A stretch of 21,506 bases of DNA from Octopus sinensis (taxonomy: Eukaryota): positions 1 to 21,506 of the forward strand of contig NW_021823719.1 of the NCBI RefSeq assembly GCF_006345805.1. The letters are read 5' to 3'. The notes beneath the pieces are model-generated. The model saw nothing but the letters and a program-made list of their open reading frames with translations. It made no database searches and was not told the origin of the DNA. Below are positions 19,849 to 21,506 of the stretch, in pieces; within the stretch, counting starts at the first letter, position 1; every line of letters starts with the position of its first letter. The position numbers were made by a program, and so were the translations under genes.

Positions 19849-20434
19849 AGCTGGCAGAATCGTTAGCACGCCGAGTGAAATGCTTAGCGGTCTGCCGTTA
19901 CGTTCTGAGTTCAAATTCCGCCGAGGTCGACTTTGCCTTTCATCCTTTCTGGATCGATTAAATAAGTACCAGTTACGCACTGGGGTCGATATAATCGACT
20001 TAATCCGTTTGTCTGTCCTTGTTTGTCCTCTCTGTGTTTATCCCCTTGTGGGTAGTAAAGAAATAGGTATTTCGTCTGCCGCTACGTTCTGAGTTCAAAT
20101 TCCACCGATGTCGACTTTGCCTTTCATCCTTTCGGGGTCGATAAAAAATAAGTACCAGTTACGCACTGGGTCGATATAATCGACTTAATCCGTTTGTCTG
20201 TCTTTCTTTGTTCCCTCTGTGTTTAGCCCCTTGTGGGTAGTAAAGAAATAGGTATTTCGTCTGCCGTTACGTTGTGAGTTCAAATTCCGCCGAGGTTGAC
20301 TTTGCCTTTCATCCTTTCTGGATCGATAAATTAAGTACCAGTTACGCACTGGGGTCGATATAATCGACTTAATGCCTTTGTCTGTCCTTGTTTGTCCCCT
20401 CTATGTTTAGCCCCTTGTGGGTAGTAAAGAAATA
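19849..20434 (+). mobile_element. SINE-B trimer: one head plus three ~185-nt bodies
   Basis: Units 19849-20065, 20066-20250 and 20251-20434. Both junctions read AAAGAAATA|GGTATTTCGTCTGCC. Confidence 0.93.
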
Positions 20435-21148
20435 AGAATCTTTAACTGGCACCAGCAATAAGAACAAAAAAATAAAGAACGTTTGTCGAAGAATCATTGA
20501 TTCGAAAGCACTTGCGACAGAAAATTTAACACCAGGCAACAAAGCTCTCACCAGATCACCCGTCACATGTAGGTTAAACTCTCTCTCTCTCTCTCCCTCT
20601 CTCTCTCTTTCCCCATCAATCTATCTATCCATCTATCTATCTACGTATCTAATTACGTTTCTATCTATCAACCTACCATTCTCTCTGTCTACTTATTTAT
20701 CTACCTATCGACACTTATGTCCACTTCCATAGCCATAAATCTTTTGTATATCTTTAATCTTTTAGATCCTTGAACTTTTAAAGCTTTTATATTCCTAAAT
20801 CTATCGCGAAAATTAAACCTCAACATACTTCATTTTATCTTATATATATATTTATTTTAATTTAATTTGTTTCACCTCCTCCTTCTATACTTTTCAAACC
20901 TCTCCTACTAACACCGATATCCTGTTATTTGTTATCTTACTATGCATACATACGTATACACATACATACATGCGTAGCCGCTAAGCCTTTTCTATTTTCT
21001 CTCCCTGTTTATTTCTGTGTTCCTTTCTGCTGAAGAGCGTAGGCTCGAAACGTAAAAGACTTTCTCACTTCCCGAGCGTTATACTAATACATCTGTTTGT
21101 TGTTTACACACCCGTCTTCGTCTTTTGTCTTTTTTTGTAAATTCTCAC

Positions 21149-21150
<2 letters not shown>
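20435..21150 (+). mobile_element. PLE-like 3' end and pLTR (third family)
   Basis: Weak ER(L).KES.LIRKH coding relic at about 20475-20530, a pyrimidine-rich UTR-like tract, and a hammerhead motif at 21023-21058. Confidence 0.6.
21023..21058 (+). ncRNA. minimal type I hammerhead ribozyme motif
   Basis: CTTT-CTGCTGA-A-GAGC-GTAG-GCTC-GAAA-CG-TA-AAAG: stem I CTTT/AAAG, stem II GAGC/GCTC, palindromic ACGT stem III, predicted cleavage after GUA (21054). Confidence 0.7.
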
Positions 21151-21198
<48 letters not shown>

Positions 21199-21213
21199 AC
21201 ACACACACACACA

Positions 21214-21249
<36 letters not shown>

Positions 21250-21506
21250 CGATATATAATTATATTGTATTATATATATAGACATATATATATATATATT
21301 ATATATATGTTATATATACACATACATTTTTTAAATGCATACATGTATGTTTATCTATCTACCTACCTATCAATCTATCTGTCCGTCTGTCCGTCTGTCC
21401 GTCTGTCTGCTTGCCTGTCTATCTGTCTGTCTGTCTATCTATCTATCTATGTATCAGTCTATCCACGTAAGTATGTAGCTATCTCTCTCTCTTGCTCTCT
21501 CTTACT
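21151..21506. repeat. microsatellite cluster (CA, TA, GTCT/GTCC, TATC)
   Basis: Visible in the sequence. Confidence 0.9.

Noticed and set aside
20480-20516. TTGTCGA-A-GAATC-ATT-GATTC-GAAA hammerhead-like hairpin
   Set aside because: There are two core mismatches and only a 3-bp stem I, and the same bases read as a possible KES.LIRKH endonuclease relic. It is worth revisiting only if the family consensus restores the core.

Overview
This is repeat-saturated, non-genic eukaryotic DNA. The SINE families and microsatellite density suggest a cephalopod, probably Octopus; this is inference from recalled repeat families, not a database search. I found no supportable host exon, rRNA, true tRNA or CRISPR. 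Almost all long ORFs in the track are translated microsatellites or minisatellites. The window contains: (i) many tRNA-derived SINEs of at least four types, called A-D here, several with target-site duplications (TSDs) or in multimers; (ii) a ~2.05 kb non-LTR-type insert (12451-14495) that splits a SINE-A head, is bounded by a 13-15 bp TSD, and carries only a decayed ORF1/gag-like zinc-knuckle frame with no RT; (iii) several Penelope-like element (PLE) fragments, three carrying hammerhead-ribozyme motifs with the same extra-A core, plus fold-back junctions; (iv) a mariner relic with two left ends; (v) an R4/Dong-like C-terminal fragment; (vi) three microsatellite-seeded minisatellites. The best leads are the ORF1-only element, the hammerhead-bearing PLE ends, and SINE-B multimers that reuse one junction at separate loci.
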